From Bacteroidales bacterium (lineage in GTDB: Bacteria; Bacteroidota; Bacteroidia; Bacteroidales; UBA932), in NCBI GenBank assembly GCA_024398315.1, contig JAKSJH010000001.1:1-51052 (forward strand): a stretch of DNA of 51,052 nt, read 5' to 3'. How positions within the stretch are numbered: position 1 is the stretch's first letter; every line of letters begins with the position of its first letter. The notes beneath the pieces are model-generated. The model ran no database searches, had not been told where the DNA came from, and worked only from the letters and a program-made list of their open reading frames with translations. The position numbers were made by a program, and so were the translations under genes. Of this stretch, positions 10,162-18,823 are shown one piece after another.

Positions 10162-10965
10162 TCAATATGATAGATTCAGGCCGAACAGCCTGGCGGTGTT
10201 GGCGGTGGTTGTTTCAGCGACTTCTTCTACGGATATTCCTTTAATCCCGGCTATCTTCTCCGCAATGTGTGGAATGTAAGAACTTTCGTTTCTCCTGCCT
10301 CTGAACGGAACCGGGGTCAGGTAAGGGGAGTCCGTCTCAAGCAGTATCCTGTCCAGGGGCACCTGGGCGACCACATCGGCGAGGCTCGCTTTCTTGAAGG
10401 TGACGACGCCACCCACTCCTATGTACCAGTCTCCGAGCCTGGAAAGTTCATTGAAGCTTTCCAGGCTTCCGCTGTAGGCGTGCATGTTCCCTCTCAGCCC
10501 CTTGTGCCTTGAAACGATCTCCAGAAAATCTCCCATGGCGTCCCGCAGGTGGATGTTGACAGGAAGACCTTGCTCCTGTGCAAAGTCCAGCTGCCACTCC
10601 AGAGCGTCTTTCTGCTCCTGGCAGAATTCCTTGCCTTCGTGGTAGTCCAGGCCGATTTCTCCGACGGCGACCACGTCCGGAAGCCCCTCGGCGCTGACCC
10701 TCCTTCTCCATTCCTTGAGGAAGGAGACCATCTTTGATATCTCTTCCTTCCATCCTTGCCCGACAGACCCGGGATAGAGTCCGATCATAGGCTTGAGGAC
10801 ATCTGGATGCCCGGCGACGAGGGTGAACATCGCATCTCTTTCGGAAGAGTCGATGTCAGGCTGGAACATCAGCCTGACTCCTGCGTCGAGCGCGCGCCTG
10901 ATGCATCCTTCTTCATCTCCGAGGAAGGCTTCGTCTGAAAAATGGCAATGTGTGTCGATGTACAT
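10162..10965 (-). CDS. tatD: TatD family hydrolase/nuclease
   Basis: 267 aa; DTHCH, GEIGLD, LLETDSPY. Confidence 0.92.
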   Translation of the reverse strand: MYIDTHCHFSDEAFLGDEEGCIRRALDAGVRLMFQPDIDSSERDAMFTLVAGHPDVLKPMIGLYPGSVGQGWKEEISKMVSFLKEWRRRVSAEGLPDVVAVGEIGLDYHEGKEFCQEQKDALEWQLDFAQEQGLPVNIHLRDAMGDFLEIVSRHKGLRGNMHAYSGSLESFNELSRLGDWYIGVGGVVTFKKASLADVVAQVPLDRILLETDSPYLTPVPFRGRRNESSYIPHIAEKIAGIKGISVEEVAETTTANTARLFGLNLSY

Positions 10966-10970
10966 CTCTG

Positions 10971-10978
10971 CAAATGTA
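10971..10978 (-). promoter_or_regulatory. -7 promoter box of tatD-ansA
   Basis: TACATTTG on the minus strand, ending 5 nt before the tatD ATG. Confidence 0.6.
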
Positions 10979-11028
10979 CGAATCTGTTTTGAATAGTTGT
11001 CCTTCCGGCCGCTCCGGAATCCGGATAA

Positions 11029-11055
11029 GAGTCTGTTTTGAGCAAAAACAGCTTC
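11029..11055. repeat. Degenerate, collapsed remnant of the MITE-end repeat family
   Basis: GAGTCTGTTTTGAGCAAAAACAGCTTC. The last 11 nt match the right end of the 37748-37909 element exactly; the left part matches its left end at 11/13. Confidence 0.4.
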
Positions 11056-11094
11056 AAAAATGACGAAAGTGTCCCTGGCGGCATCAGAACAATG

Positions 11095-12276
11095 TCAGAA
11101 CAGACCCGGCGCTGCGCTGCAGTGCTGAAGCAGGTCCATCTCGATGAATCCGTCACATTCGAGCAGGGCGGCGTAGCGGCTGGTCTTGCTGAATGACCAT
11201 TTCAGTTCAAAAGACAGTTCGTCCAGGGATATCCCTCTTTTTTTATGAACCAGCCTCGCCATCCTGGATATCTCGGACACGGTCTCCGGGGACTCCTTCC
11301 CTTTATAGAAAGACTCGACGCAGCTTTCCATCGACATCCTGTCCTGCTTCCCGACCTTTCCGAGCCCCATTCTCCCGACAAGCTCGGCAGGGTCGCCTAT
11401 GCTTTCGGCGAGAGTCTCCTTTATCAGGAGGTTGCACCCCTGGGAACAGGGGTCGTCGACTCTGCCGGGGAGGGCGTAGAGGTCCCTGCCGTAAGAAGAG
11501 GCCAGCCTGGCTGTCATCATCCCGCCTCCTTTTATCTTTGATTCAACGAGTATGGTGGCCCTGCCTATGCCGGCGATGATCCTGTTCCTCCGGAGGAAGT
11601 TGACCCTGACGGCTTCAGTCCCGGGAGGATAGTCCGTGACCAGCGCACACCCAGGGGTTGATGCTATCCTTTCTCCCAGTTCCTTGTGGACCGCCGGGTA
11701 GATTCTGTCTATTCCGGTGGCCATGACCGCCACTGTCGGGAGTCCTTCGTCCAGCGCAGCCATGTGGGCCGTCCCGTCGACTCCGATGGCGAGTCCGCTG
11801 ACCACCAGAGGACGGACCGGGGCCTTTGACATCGCTCCTACGATCCTCCTGCACCAGTCCTTGCCGTAGAAGGAGATGTCTCTCGTCCCTACGACTGACA
11901 CTGCCGGAATCCCTCCGAACACGTCCTCGGGCGGCGAGACACCTTTGTAGTAAAGTCCCAGCGGCGGGTCTTCGCATTCGGTGAGCAGCCCGGGATATCC
12001 TGTCTCACCGAAACAGACGAATCTGATTCCTTCCGCTTCCAGTCCTTCCAGCTCCATCGCAGCCGATTCGAAAGCCGAAGGGGACAGGCCTGGGGCATAC
12101 CTGGCCCTGCAATACTGTCCCAGCGCCTCATTCAATTCGTCTTCGGTCGCAGAAAACATCTCCACAGCCCCTCCGAACCTTTCCAGCATGGCGAAACCGA
12201 GCCGCGGCTCGAATCCGAACGCCCTGTTCATCGCACACATCGCGACCCTCTCTTCGAAACTTGTCGATTCTTCCAT
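11095..12276 (-). CDS. dprA: DNA-processing protein DprA
   Basis: SVVGTR, VVSGLAIGVDGTAH, FLRRNRIIAG, LVESKIKGG motifs; ATG at 12276 with A-rich context preferred (393 aa). Confidence 0.92.
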   Translation of the reverse strand: MEESTSFEERVAMCAMNRAFGFEPRLGFAMLERFGGAVEMFSATEDELNEALGQYCRARYAPGLSPSAFESAAMELEGLEAEGIRFVCFGETGYPGLLTECEDPPLGLYYKGVSPPEDVFGGIPAVSVVGTRDISFYGKDWCRRIVGAMSKAPVRPLVVSGLAIGVDGTAHMAALDEGLPTVAVMATGIDRIYPAVHKELGERIASTPGCALVTDYPPGTEAVRVNFLRRNRIIAGIGRATILVESKIKGGGMMTARLASSYGRDLYALPGRVDDPCSQGCNLLIKETLAESIGDPAELVGRMGLGKVGKQDRMSMESCVESFYKGKESPETVSEISRMARLVHKKRGISLDELSFELKWSFSKTSRYAALLECDGFIEMDLLQHCSAAPGLF

Positions 12277-12295
12277 TTTTTTTCTCCGAATATGC

Positions 12296-12333
12296 AAAAA
12301 AAAGAAGGTCCGGAGGGGGTCCGGACCGTTCTT
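12296..12333 (-). terminator. Intrinsic terminator downstream of queA
   Basis: GGTCCGGA-N5-TCCGGACC stem with AAGAA/TTCTT extension, followed by T8 on the minus strand. Confidence 0.7.
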
Positions 12334-12369
12334 CAGGGGGTATTCTTCGAATATGTTTCTGTTTCTTAA

Positions 12370-12389
12370 AAGCTGTTTTGAAATGGTTC
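12370..12389 (+). repeat. Solo terminal repeat of the MITE family, abutting the queA stop codon
   Basis: AAGCTGTTTTGAAATGGTTC is identical (20/20) to 37749-37768. Confidence 0.75.
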
Positions 12390-13439
12390 TTAAAGGACCA
12401 GCATCGCATCTCCGTAAGGACCGAAGCGGTAACCTTCCTCAAGAGCGAGCTTGTAGCCCTTCATGATGTTGTCGAAGCCTCCGAAGGCGGCGACGGCCAT
12501 CATCATGGTTGACTCCGGAAGGTGGAATCCTGAGACTATGGCATCCGGAATGGAGAACTCGTATGGAGGGAAGATGAACTTGTTGGTCCATCCGTCGTAA
12601 GGATTCACCTCATGGTTGGTGGTGATGTAGGTCTCGAGTCCTCTGACCACGGTGGTGCCGATTGCGACGACTTTGTGGCCGCTTCTCTTGGCCTTGTTGA
12701 TGACCTGGCAGGCCTCTTCGGAGATGATGAGCCTCTCGGAATCCATCCTGTGCTTTGAAAGGTCCTCTACATCGACTCTGCGGAACTGGCCGATGCCCAT
12801 GTGCTCGGGGATGAACGCTTTCTCGATGTCCTTGAGGATCATTCTGTTGAAGAGCTCTCTGGAGAAATGGAGTCCGGCGGAAGGGGCCGCTACGGCTCCT
12901 TCGTGGGCTGCGAATATGGTCTGGTAGTTCTCGATGTCATCTTCGTTGACATGGTCCTTCACCCATTTCGGGACCGGGATCTCGCCCAGGCCGAACAGCT
13001 GCTCCTTGAAATCTTCGTAGGACCCGTCATAGAGGAACCTCAGTGTCCTGCCTCTGGATGTGGTGTTGTCGATGACTTCCGCCACGAGGCTCTGGTCCTC
13101 TCCGAAGTAGAGCTTGTTGCCGATCCTGATCTTTCTGGCCGGGTCGACGATGACGTCCCAGAGGTGCTGCTCCCTGTTGAGCTCGCGGAGAAGGAAGACC
13201 ATGATGTCAGCTCCGGTCTTCTCTTTCTTTCCGTAAAGGCGGGCCGGGAAGACTTTCGTGTCGTTGAACACGAAAGTGTCGCCTTTCCCGAAATAGTCGA
13301 TGATGTCCTTGAATATTCTGTGCTCGATCTCTCCGGTGTCTTTATGGATGACCATCAGGCGGCATTCGTCGCGCCATCTGGTAGGTTCCTGAGCAAGCTT
13401 TTCTTTAGGAAGAAGGAATTGGAATTGTGAAAGTTTCAT
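12390..13439 (-). CDS. queA: S-adenosylmethionine:tRNA ribosyltransferase-isomerase (QueA family)
   Basis: MKLSQF start (13439); FNDTKVFPARL, GAVAAPSAGLHF, IGTTVVR, YGDAML. Confidence 0.88.
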   Translation of the reverse strand: MKLSQFQFLLPKEKLAQEPTRWRDECRLMVIHKDTGEIEHRIFKDIIDYFGKGDTFVFNDTKVFPARLYGKKEKTGADIMVFLLRELNREQHLWDVIVDPARKIRIGNKLYFGEDQSLVAEVIDNTTSRGRTLRFLYDGSYEDFKEQLFGLGEIPVPKWVKDHVNEDDIENYQTIFAAHEGAVAAPSAGLHFSRELFNRMILKDIEKAFIPEHMGIGQFRRVDVEDLSKHRMDSERLIISEEACQVINKAKRSGHKVVAIGTTVVRGLETYITTNHEVNPYDGWTNKFIFPPYEFSIPDAIVSGFHLPESTMMMAVAAFGGFDNIMKGYKLALEEGYRFGPYGDAMLVL

Positions 13440-13503
13440 ATTCGGTGTAATCGTCAATCCTTTATTATACGGAACTTGTCCGCAAAAAGTTTCACCGGAA
13501 TCA

Positions 13504-13526
13504 TGAGAAGCTGTAACAGCTCCTGA
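13504..13526. repeat. Possible fully collapsed MITE footprint
   Basis: TGA-GAAGCTGT-AACAGCTCC-TGA: both element ends fused and flanked by a 3-bp TGA direct repeat. Short, so a chance match is not excluded. Confidence 0.45.
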
Positions 13527-13529
13527 ACT

Positions 13530-14132
13530 TTACTGGAATGCGCTGCAGAACACTTCGGCGATGGAAGGGTAGCTGTTCTCGAGGCAGGACGGAATCTCCC
13601 GCAGGTCGATCCAGGATGCTTCAGAGATCCCTTCCTCAGTCTGAGGAACGGTCCTGCCGCCCGGGCCGGCTTCCATGGAATACCACCAGGTGTGCTTCAG
13701 GTGCCATGTTCCGTTTCTGACATAGCAGTGGTCGGTGATGCAGATGAGGCTGGATGCGGTGATTCCGGTCAGTCCTGTCTCTTCCTCAACTTCCCTCAGG
13801 GCGGTCGTCCGGATGTCCTCTCCTTTCTCCTGATGCCCTTTCGGAAGGTCCCAGAGGCCGTTTCTTCTTATCATGAGCACCTTGCCGACTCCGTCGGAGA
13901 CAAGGCCTCCCGCCGCATTCACCTCCTTGAAACGGGAACATACGGTCCTGTAGGTCTCTTCCGTGTCTTCAGTAGTGATCAGAATGCCGCGGACATCGGC
14001 TGATTCCTTGAAACTGTCCGCCACTGATGCCGCGGATCCGGCATCGGCATTGATGAAGCCGTCGGTCTCCGGGAGGGCTTCGTCCGGCCGCCGGATGACC
14101 ATACATCTGTCTTCAATGAAAATCTTGTGCAT
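13530..14132 (-). CDS. NUDIX hydrolase
   Basis: 200 aa; Nudix box PKGHQEKGEDIRTTALREVEEETGL. Confidence 0.92.
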   Translation of the reverse strand: MHKIFIEDRCMVIRRPDEALPETDGFINADAGSAASVADSFKESADVRGILITTEDTEETYRTVCSRFKEVNAAGGLVSDGVGKVLMIRRNGLWDLPKGHQEKGEDIRTTALREVEEETGLTGITASSLICITDHCYVRNGTWHLKHTWWYSMEAGPGGRTVPQTEEGISEASWIDLREIPSCLENSYPSIAEVFCSAFQ

Positions 14133-14151
14133 CTGGGAAGAAAAACTTTGC

Positions 14152-14159
14152 TATCTTTG
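14152..14159 (+). promoter_or_regulatory. -7 promoter box of the pyrE operon
   Basis: TATCTTTG about 60 nt upstream of the pyrE ATG. Confidence 0.6.
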
Positions 14160-14193
14160 TGGAATATGTGAAAATGATTCGTGGAATCGAGTG

Positions 14194-14201
14194 CAAATTT
14201 A
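14194..14201 (-). promoter_or_regulatory. -7 promoter box of NUDIX(-queA)
   Basis: TAAATTTG on the minus strand about 60 nt upstream of the NUDIX ATG. Confidence 0.55.
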
Positions 14202-14218
14202 CAAATTCATCATTTAAT

Positions 14219-14851
14219 ATGGAATCAACAGACAGAATGCTCGCCGGCGAGCTTCTCAGAATCAAGGCCGTTCTTCTCCGTCCGGACCAGCCGTTCACCT
14301 GGGCTTCGGGATGGAAGTCTCCAATCTATTGTGACAACCGCAGGATCCTTTCCGATCCTTCATTGAGGACTAAAGTGGCCTCCTGGCTCGCAGAAAAGGC
14401 CATGGAACTCTATCCTGAGGCGGAAGTGGTCGCCGGTGTCGCTACCGGAGCCATCGCTCATGGAGTACTTGCCGCCGACAAGATGGGCAAGCCTTTCGTT
14501 TACGTACGTCCGAAGCCGAAGGATCATGGCACTGGCTCACAGATCGAGGGTGTGCTCCCTCAGGGTGCCAAGGTCGTCGTCATCGAGGACCTCATCTCCA
14601 CCGGAATGAGCAGTCTCGCCGCTGTCAAGGCCCTTCGCGAGGCAGGAGCCGAGGTTCTGGGAATGGTCGCCATATTCACTTATGGCTTCGATGTGGCTGC
14701 GCAGCAGTTCAAGGAGGCGGGCGTGAAACTGGACACCGTCTCGAACTATTTCGCTCTGATCGATGAGGCGACGGCGAGCGGCTACGTCAAGGAGTCTGAC
14801 ACCCAGGTCCTCAAGCAGTGGAGGGAGAACCCTTCCGAGTGGATGAAATAG
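14219..14851 (+). CDS. pyrE: Orotate phosphoribosyltransferase
   Basis: FTWASGWKSPIYCDNR and PRPP-binding VVIEDLISTGMSS; ATG at 14219 with AT-rich context. Confidence 0.95.
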   Translation: MESTDRMLAGELLRIKAVLLRPDQPFTWASGWKSPIYCDNRRILSDPSLRTKVASWLAEKAMELYPEAEVVAGVATGAIAHGVLAADKMGKPFVYVRPKPKDHGTGSQIEGVLPQGAKVVVIEDLISTGMSSLAAVKALREAGAEVLGMVAIFTYGFDVAAQQFKEAGVKLDTVSNYFALIDEATASGYVKESDTQVLKQWRENPSEWMK

Positions 14852-14868
14852 CAAACAATACCTTTAAT

Positions 14869-15345
14869 ATGACAGAATACACCAGCAAGCACGGAATCGT
14901 CAGCAAGCAGCCTTTCGAGCTGTACATGGCATTCGTGGACATGCGCAACTTCCTTCAGATGCTTCCTGAGGACAAGAAACAGGGAGTCGAGGCGGACTAT
15001 GACTGGATCACCGCCACGGTCCAGGGCTTCAAGATCGGCGTGATGGTGAAGGAGAGGACACCATATTCAAAGATAGAGATCATTGACAACGGCGCTCCTT
15101 TCAAGTTCAGCGGGTCACTCCATTTTGACGCTGTTCCATCTGATCCTGGAAAGACCGATTTCCATCTTGAGTTCAGCGCTGACCTCAACTTCATGATGAA
15201 GATGCTTGTCGGCGGAAAGATCAAGGACGCCCTTGACAAGGTCGTGGACTCTCTTGTGGCCATGTCTGAAGGCCGCATGCCGGAAGGCGTCGACGAGGAG
15301 ACTCTGCGGAAGATGAAGGAGCAGGCGTTCGGATCCCAGAACTGA
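14869..15345 (+). CDS. SRPBCC/polyketide-cyclase-like protein
   Basis: 158 aa from ATG 14869; LYMAFVDMRN...ADLNFMMKMLVGGKIKDALDKVVD pattern, directly after pyrE. Confidence 0.7.
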   Translation: MTEYTSKHGIVSKQPFELYMAFVDMRNFLQMLPEDKKQGVEADYDWITATVQGFKIGVMVKERTPYSKIEIIDNGAPFKFSGSLHFDAVPSDPGKTDFHLEFSADLNFMMKMLVGGKIKDALDKVVDSLVAMSEGRMPEGVDEETLRKMKEQAFGSQN

Positions 15346-15349
15346 GATT

Positions 15350-16690
15350 ATGCTTGAAAAAGGGGGGGACCAGCTCCGTGACATACTCGAACGGGCGGTC
15401 GGTCCGGACAAGGTTGACATCTGTTTCGATGCCATCCAGGCCGTGCCGTCAGTGTCGGTGCGCCTGAATCCTTCCAAGGTCCTGGATCCCGGGCCTTTCG
15501 TGAGGGACAGTTTCGGTGACGGATGTGAACCTGTGCCGTGGAGCCCCTTCGGCTTCTTCCTTCCTGAAAGACCTCAATTCACACTGGACCCGCTTTTCCA
15601 TTGCGGCTGCTACTACGTGCAGGATTCTTCGGCGATGGCTGTCGGACATGCGTTCCGCTCAGTTCTGGAAAGGTTGGAGACGGGAGAGACACCGGTGAGG
15701 GTCCTGGATCTCTGTGCTGCTCCGGGAGGCAAGACCACCGACCTTGCCGCCTCCTTGAGGATGAAGTTCGGCGACGGCTTCGTCCTGGTCGCCAACGAAG
15801 TGATGAAGGACCGGGCCGCCGTGCTGGCTGACAATGTCTCAGTCTGGGGGGACCCGAACGTGATAGTCACGAGCAGCGACCCCAAGGCGTTCGCTTCACT
15901 GGAAGGTTTCTTCGACATCATAGTCGCTGACGTGCCTTGCTCCGGTGAAGGCATGTTCCGCAAGGATGACGTGGCCCTGGCCGACTGGTCCGAGGATGCC
16001 GTGCGCCTTTGTGCCGGCCGCCAGAGAAGGATAATGGCCGATGTCTGGCCCGCTCTTCGTCCCGGAGGGACCGTCGTCTACTCGACGTGCACTTTTGAGG
16101 ATTCGGAGAACGATTCCAATGTCGGATGGATTTCAGAAGAGCTTGGAGGATGTGTGCTGCCGTTCGACTGGACAGGGTGGGATGGCATTGTCACCACTCG
16201 TCACGGAGCTCTTTTCGTTCCGGGGCTTGTCAGAGGCGAAGGGCAGTATGTCTCCGCTGTTGTCAAGACCGGAGGTGAAGTGGGATTCCGTCACCGCACT
16301 GCGGGTAAGGACGTTCCGGCATTCGTGAGGAAGAAGGGTGACCTGCTCGTCGAGGTGGGTGCGGCTGTTGCAGCGGAAGCGCGGGCTCTTGAATGTCTGC
16401 ATCCTCTCCTCTGTGGTGTCGCCCAGGGTACCATGAAGGGGAAGGATCTTGTTCCTTCAGCCGATCTGGCACTATCCTTGTCATTGGAGGACGGGCGTTA
16501 CCCGAGGGCCGAGCTTGACAGAGAAACCGCACTAAAGTACCTTCACCGTGACACGATCGTGCTTCCGGACGCTCCCAAGGGGTTCCTGGTGGTGTGCTAC
16601 CATGGCCATCCTCTCGGATTCGTGAAGAATCTTGGAACAAGATGCAACAATCTCCATCCCAACGGGAGGAGGATAAGAATGAATATTTAG
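15350..16690 (+). CDS. 16S rRNA m5C methyltransferase (RsmB/RsmF/NOL1 family)
   Basis: 446 aa; YYVQDSS, DLCAAPGGKT, DVPCSGEG, YSTCTF..ENDS and a YebU-like C-terminus. Confidence 0.9.
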   Translation: MLEKGGDQLRDILERAVGPDKVDICFDAIQAVPSVSVRLNPSKVLDPGPFVRDSFGDGCEPVPWSPFGFFLPERPQFTLDPLFHCGCYYVQDSSAMAVGHAFRSVLERLETGETPVRVLDLCAAPGGKTTDLAASLRMKFGDGFVLVANEVMKDRAAVLADNVSVWGDPNVIVTSSDPKAFASLEGFFDIIVADVPCSGEGMFRKDDVALADWSEDAVRLCAGRQRRIMADVWPALRPGGTVVYSTCTFEDSENDSNVGWISEELGGCVLPFDWTGWDGIVTTRHGALFVPGLVRGEGQYVSAVVKTGGEVGFRHRTAGKDVPAFVRKKGDLLVEVGAAVAAEARALECLHPLLCGVAQGTMKGKDLVPSADLALSLSLEDGRYPRAELDRETALKYLHRDTIVLPDAPKGFLVVCYHGHPLGFVKNLGTRCNNLHPNGRRIRMNI

Positions 16691-16699
16691 AAAGAAAGT

Positions 16700-17625
16700 A
16701 TGAATATGAGGAAACTTGCTGTTACCGTCCTTGCCGCTTGCCTGGCAGTGTTTTCTCTCGCCGCCCAGCAGGCTTCGAGGGAGCAGTATCTCGAAAGGTA
16801 CAACCTTCTGGCCTCCAAGATGGGCGCTGACGGGGCGGGCATAGAGACAGTGCTCAACAAATGGGCTGCTGACTATCCCGAAGACGTGGACATGCTTCTT
16901 GGAAAGTTCTACTACTATCTCTCCAAGAGCCGTTCGACTGCTGTCGAGCCGAGGGATGCGGACCGTTATCTCGGAGCGCCTCCGGTTCTGACCCTCAAGG
17001 ACTCGCTGGACAATCCGGTGAACTATTTCCAGGTGAACAACTATGACGACGAACTGTTCGGGAAGTCCGCCAAGGCCGTTGACAGCGCGATAGAGCTGAA
17101 CCCGCAGAGGCTGGACCTGGGCTCTACAAGATAGCTGCCCTCATTGAATATGAGAAAGACAGCCCGGACATGGCTCTGTCCTCCCTCAAGTCTCTCATAG
17201 ACTACAACGCTCACAATGCCCCTCAGTGGGAATATCCGGGTGTGGAGATGGATGAAGACACTTTCGCCTCCACGATGCAGGAGTACTGCTACTCGTTCTT
17301 CAGGATTGGCTCGGACAGCGGTTTCGAGGCATTCCGCGAGCTTTCGGAGAAACTGCTTGCTTTCTATCCGGAGAATCCGATGTTCATGACGAACATCGGC
17401 TCCTACCATTTCGTCTGCAAGCATGACAACAAGACGGCCCTCAAGTACTACAACAAAGTACTGAAGAAGCATCCGGACGACTACACTGCAATCAAGAACT
17501 GCGTCCTTCTCGCCCGCAGCGAGAAAAACGTCAAGCTTGAAAAGAAGTATCTTCCGATGCTGATCCGCACATCTCAGGATGAATCCGAAAAGGCTTCGGC
17601 CCAGGCCCGTCTGAGCGCTTTGTGA
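16700..17625 (+). pseudogene. Secreted TPR-containing protein split by a 1-nt frameshift near 17120 (pseudogene or sequence error)
   Basis: ORF1 (signal peptide) stops at 17134. The frame of ORF2 (17170-17625, TPR-like) is open back to ~17120, giving ...RLDL-x-LYKIAALIEYEKDSPDM; one added base restores ~308 aa. Confidence 0.75.
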
Positions 17626-17638
17626 TTCCTGCAGGAAG

Positions 17639-18823
17639 ATGGATTCAACCAGGTTCATAGCACGACGCCTGAAGTTCTCGGGCAAGATTGCGGTGGTCTC
17701 CATCGCAGTCTCGTTCCTCGTCATCATCATAGCTGTCTCTGTGACCTCCGGATTCCGCAGGGAGATCCGCGACGGCATCTCCGACCTCACGGGAGACATC
17801 CAGCTCACACCGCTTGACATGGACTACATCGGCGAGGAGAATCCTGTCAGTTCCGAACCGAGCTATCTTCCGAAGATTCAGTCCATCCATGAAGTGAGGG
17901 CTGTCGAGCCGGCGGTCTACCGTGCGGGAATCCTCAAGAAAGGTGACATCATCCACGGTGTTCTGTTCAAGGGCGTCACTGACAGTCCTGCTGCAGCGGC
18001 GGGAGCGGACACGGTCAAGCTTGGGGTGTCCGTCCCTGACAGGCTCGCGAGGCTCCTGGACGTCAGACCTGGAGACAAGCTGCTGGCCTATTTCGTGGGG
18101 GAGAATCTGAAAGTCAGGAACTTCAACATAGTAAGCACTTATGAAGGAATCATGGACGGCTCTGACGAGATGATCGTCTATGCTTCGATCGAGGATCTCC
18201 AGCGTCTGAACGGATGGGAGGCCGATGAAGTATCTACTCTTGAGATAGCTCTGGACCCTGCGTCCAGGAATTCAGTCACGATGTCACGTGTTGCCAATGC
18301 TGTTGGGAACATTGTCTTCGAAGAGATGTCGGATGACGACGACACTCTTCTCTCCACTTCGGTCATGGACCGTTATCCGATGATATTCGACTGGCTCAAC
18401 CTGCTGGATTTCAACGTGGTGTTCATTCTCATCCTGATGACGGCGGTCGCCGGGTTCAATATGATCTCCGGTCTGTTGATCATGCTGTTCAGGAACATCT
18501 CCACCATCGGAACCCTCAAGTCGCTGGGCATGACTGACAGGATGATAGCCAAGGTCTTCATGAGAGTGGCGGCATCAACGGTGCTCAAGGGTATGGCGGT
18601 CGGCAATGCTGTTGCGCTGGCCTTCTGCCTTCTGCAGAACTGGACCCATCTTCTCAAACTTAATCCGGAGAACTATTTCGTGTCTTTCGTGCCCGTAAGC
18701 ATCAATCTACCTTGGATCCTTGCCGCTGACATCGTCGCCTTTGTCGTCATCCTGCTGCTTCTCCTCATCCCTTGCGTGTTCATCTCCAAGGTCGACCCTG
18801 CGCAGACTGTCAGGGCTCAGTAG
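17639..18823 (+). CDS. ABC transporter permease, LolC/E (FtsX-like) family
   Basis: 394 aa; SIAVSFLVIIIAVSVTSGFR, VAGFNMIS, IGTLKSLGM, LNPENYF. Confidence 0.88.
   Translation: MDSTRFIARRLKFSGKIAVVSIAVSFLVIIIAVSVTSGFRREIRDGISDLTGDIQLTPLDMDYIGEENPVSSEPSYLPKIQSIHEVRAVEPAVYRAGILKKGDIIHGVLFKGVTDSPAAAAGADTVKLGVSVPDRLARLLDVRPGDKLLAYFVGENLKVRNFNIVSTYEGIMDGSDEMIVYASIEDLQRLNGWEADEVSTLEIALDPASRNSVTMSRVANAVGNIVFEEMSDDDDTLLSTSVMDRYPMIFDWLNLLDFNVVFILILMTAVAGFNMISGLLIMLFRNISTIGTLKSLGMTDRMIAKVFMRVAASTVLKGMAVGNAVALAFCLLQNWTHLLKLNPENYFVSFVPVSINLPWILAADIVAFVVILLLLLIPCVFISKVDPAQTVRAQ

Noticed and set aside
13440-13529. Possible preQ1 riboswitch upstream of queA
   Set aside because: No recognisable preQ1 stem-loop and A-rich tail architecture by eye.
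15357-15368. A5-G7 run just after the rRNA methyltransferase start as a phase-variation tract
   Set aside because: G7 is short, the gene is in frame, and it is a housekeeping function.
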